From the NCBI GenBank assembly GCA_035248585.1, contig DATFHJ010000107.1, positions 2,523-66,522 of the forward strand: 64,000 nt of DNA. Reading direction: 5' to 3'. This DNA comes from Thermoanaerobaculia bacterium (GTDB lineage: Bacteria > Acidobacteriota > Thermoanaerobaculia > Gp7-AA8). This document shows, piece after piece, positions 61,458 to 64,000 of the stretch (positions within the stretch are counted from its first letter, which is position 1; the number at the start of each line of letters is the position of its first letter). Below the pieces are notes generated by a model. That model was not told the DNA's origin. It saw only the letters and a program-made list of their open reading frames with translations, and searched no databases. A program made the translations under genes and the position numbers.

Positions 61458-63296
61458 TCAGCGCCCTATTTTCGAAACCTCTCCCGTTTTCGCGTTCCAC
61501 GTCACGAGATCGCCCTCCGCATTCACGGCGACGAGCTTCTCGTCGGCGCGATAGCGCGTAAGACGCTCGTCCGTGTAATTCGGGATCGGTCCGCGAATGT
61601 CGTTCAGCGTCCGCTCGATCGTCCCGCGCGCGGGATCGATCACGAACGCCCTGCGGCCGCGGCCCGTGCGATCGTCGGAGACCTGGTCCGAGCCGACGGC
61701 AATCAGCTTGTTGCCGTCCGTCTCGCCGGAGATCATCAGGTACTTCACCGGGATCGCGATCTCGCGCCGCGGCGTTCCGTCCGGCGCGAAGAGATGCAGC
61801 TTCTGTTGCGCGAAGAGCGCGATCGTGCCGTCGGACAGAATCGCCGAGTGAAACGAGCTGATTCCGCTCACCGGCAGCTTCGCCAGCACCGCGCCGGTGC
61901 GGGCATCGGCGACGAGGCCGTTGCGCGGCAGCACCATGCGCGAGCCGTCCGCGTTCATGCGAACGCCTTTGATGAGACCCTCCGGCGCGAGCTCGCCCGT
62001 CTTCGCGATCGACTTCGTCCGCGCGTCGAGCTCGAAGATCTCCAGCTTCTGATGACCGTGCGGCCAGCGATAGAAACGGACGACGTCGTTGTTCACGAAG
62101 AACAGCGCCATCGCATTCGCCGGCGGCGCGTCGCTCCGCACCGATGCCAGAAGCCGCTGCGTCGCGACCTCGTGCAGCGAGATGGTCGAGTCGTTCACCA
62201 CCGCGAGACGGGAGCCGTCCGGCGAGAGCGCGAAGGCGCTTCCCGTGCGCACGCCAGTCGCCAGCGGCTCCGCGCCCGGCTGGTCGAGGCGCTTCGTGTA
62301 GATCTCCGCGCCCGCGAATCCGAATCCGCGCCACACCGGCTCGAGCCACGCCACGGCCTTGCCGTCGTCCGAGAACCCCGCGCCCCACCAGCCGAGGGAC
62401 GGCACGCGCTCGTGGCGCCCGCTGTTCACGTCGATGAGGAACGTCGTGTAGATGTCGCCGCGCGCGTTGCCGGAGAGGAACAGCGTGTTGCCGCCCGGAG
62501 CCTGCTGCATCAAACCGTACACGCGCAGATCGCTCGGATCGACGTTCATGATCCACGCGGTGTACGCCGCGAGAATCGCCACCACGACCGCGACGCTGAT
62601 CCAGATCGCGCGCGAGAGCGCCGCGTGGCTGCGGCGAAGGTCGGTGCGTCCCTTCGCCAGCTGCCACACCGGCGCGGCGAGCAGGATCGCGAAGAACGAC
62701 GCGGCGACGATCTGGAACAGGGCTTTCGTGTGCTCCGCGCTCGCGAACAGCATCGGGCGGAGGATGTAGTACAGCGCGAGACCCGTGACCAGGACGAGGA
62801 CGAAGTCGAGCCCGATCAGTCCCGAGCGCGAGCGCACCATCGTGCTGAGCGCGTGCACGCCGAGGAACATCGCCACCATGCCGATGGCGACGAGGAGCAG
62901 CATGCGCGGGCCGCCCAGCGTGCGTTGCCATTGATTGCCGGTGGCGAGGAACGCCGGCGTCGCGACGATGGCGAAGCACGACGCGCTCGTGACGGCGGCG
63001 GCGAGCACCTTGCCGAACCAGATCGCGGCCGGCGAGATGGGCTTGGAGAAGTAGAAGGACATGCGCCGGGCGACCAATTCGCCGGAGACGGTCGACGTGC
63101 CCATCGCGATCGCCACGCCGAGGGCGAGAGCGACGGCGATGAACCCGCCGACGGCGGCGATGACCATCGGACGGTCGTCGCTCGCGCCGGGCACGAGCGC
63201 GGCCAGGAACGGCAGCACGGCCATCGCCGCTGCCATCAGAAAAATTCTCGAACGTTCGCGAAGCTCGCGGCTCGCGATCACCAGTGTGCGGCTCAT
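61458..63296 (-). CDS. ABC-2-type transporter permease fused to a C-terminal WD40/PD40-like beta-propeller domain
   Basis: The N-terminal ~270 aa carry ~6 TM segments in ABC-2 permease style. The C-terminal ~340 aa carry repeated SPDGSRLAV / NADGSRMV / LSDGTIAL blade motifs. It lies immediately downstream of an ABC ATPase gene. Confidence 0.65.
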   Translation of the reverse strand: MSRTLVIASRELRERSRIFLMAAAMAVLPFLAALVPGASDDRPMVIAAVGGFIAVALALGVAIAMGTSTVSGELVARRMSFYFSKPISPAAIWFGKVLAAAVTSASCFAIVATPAFLATGNQWQRTLGGPRMLLLVAIGMVAMFLGVHALSTMVRSRSGLIGLDFVLVLVTGLALYYILRPMLFASAEHTKALFQIVAASFFAILLAAPVWQLAKGRTDLRRSHAALSRAIWISVAVVVAILAAYTAWIMNVDPSDLRVYGLMQQAPGGNTLFLSGNARGDIYTTFLIDVNSGRHERVPSLGWWGAGFSDDGKAVAWLEPVWRGFGFAGAEIYTKRLDQPGAEPLATGVRTGSAFALSPDGSRLAVVNDSTISLHEVATQRLLASVRSDAPPANAMALFFVNNDVVRFYRWPHGHQKLEIFELDARTKSIAKTGELAPEGLIKGVRMNADGSRMVLPRNGLVADARTGAVLAKLPVSGISSFHSAILSDGTIALFAQQKLHLFAPDGTPRREIAIPVKYLMISGETDGNKLIAVGSDQVSDDRTGRGRRAFVIDPARGTIERTLNDIRGPIPNYTDERLTRYRADEKLVAVNAEGDLVTWNAKTGEVSKIGR

Positions 63297-63298
63297 GT

Positions 63299-64000
63299 TC
63301 AGGCTCCCTGCTCGCCAGCAATGGCGATGAAGATCTCTTCGAGTGACATCGGCGCGACGTCGACGGCGCTCAGATGCGCCGCGTCACGGAATCGCTCGAA
63401 GGCGAGGTCGTCATAGTTGCTGATCACCGCCTCGGTGCCGCTGCCCCACTGGCGCACGGCGGCCGTGATGAGGCTTCCGGTCTGCAGCGCCACCGGCTGG
63501 CTGGCAAAGCGGATGCGCCGGAAGCGCGACTTGAGTGTCTCGACTTCTTCGTCGAGCACGATCCTGCCGTCGAGCAGAATGCCGACGCGGTCGGCCACCG
63601 CTTCGACCGGCGCGAGGTCGTGCGTGGTGATGAAGACGGTAACGCCGTAGTCGGCCATGTGCGCGATCACTTCTTCGAAGAGCGACTTGCGGGCGACGAC
63701 GTCGAGGCCGAGGGTGGGATCGTCGAGGATCACGACCTCGGGCGAGATCGCCAGTGCCAGCGCGAGCGTCACCTGCTTCTTCTGTCCCTTCGACAGCTCG
63801 CTCATCCGCGCGTTCTGCGCGATGCCGAAGCGCTTCACGCGCTCGTCGAACGACGCCTGCTGCCAGCGCGAGTAGAGGCGCGACGAAAACCACGCCAGCT
63901 CGCGGACGCGCATCTCCGGCGGAACGTCCGGCTCTTCGCTGACGATGCCGATGCGCTCCATCAGCGCCTCGCGTCCGCCCCAGACGTCTTTTCCGAGAAT
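63299..64000 (-). CDS. ABC transporter ATP-binding protein (N-terminus outside the window)
   Basis: Signature LSKGQKKQ, Walker B VVILDDPTLGLD and H-loop VFITTHD. The frame remains open to the window edge. Confidence 0.85.
   Translation of the reverse strand: MLGKDVWGGREALMERIGIVSEEPDVPPEMRVRELAWFSSRLYSRWQQASFDERVKRFGIAQNARMSELSKGQKKQVTLALALAISPEVVILDDPTLGLDVVARKSLFEEVIAHMADYGVTVFITTHDLAPVEAVADRVGILLDGRIVLDEEVETLKSRFRRIRFASQPVALQTGSLITAAVRQWGSGTEAVISNYDDLAFERFRDAAHLSAVDVAPMSLEEIFIAIAGEQGA

Overview
GC-rich window with strong GC3 bias and diderm gene content: TonB-dependent receptors with CarboxypepD_reg-type N-termini, an Omp85/POTRA protein, LpxR, and many REC/GGDEF/sigma-54 signalling genes. 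This looks Acidobacteriota-like, but that taxonomic guess is low confidence. I can support about 50 protein genes, one tRNA-Val(GAC) and the thrS-infC-rpmI-rplT translation cluster. I saw no transposase, integrase, phage gene, CRISPR array or rRNA. Many long arginine-rich ORFs in the track run antisense to, or out of frame with, clear genes; they are high-GC artefacts and were not called. Points of interest: (1) A seven-gene, start/stop-overlapping operon (16136-23143, minus strand). It combines a split LodA/GoxA-like putative CTQ quinoprotein with both a LodB-like flavoprotein and a radical SAM/SPASM enzyme, plus a ferritin-like (VioB/RebD-type) protein, a small membrane protein and a 2OG-Fe(II) oxygenase. 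(2) Three tandem paralogous secreted Cys-patterned repeat proteins (45642-53322), divergent from a TonB-dependent receptor. (3) A 21-codon leader ORF with 8 Thr codons, plus alternative hairpins and an intrinsic terminator, directly upstream of thrS. (4) Several families of about 56-73 bp double-hairpin palindromic (REP-like) elements. Four copies sit in frame inside coding sequences, and differences between copies are loop-only or compensatory. (5) A strictly 22-bp-phased tandem array (7544-7893) between two convergent genes. All functional calls rest on motif recognition by eye; no database search was run.
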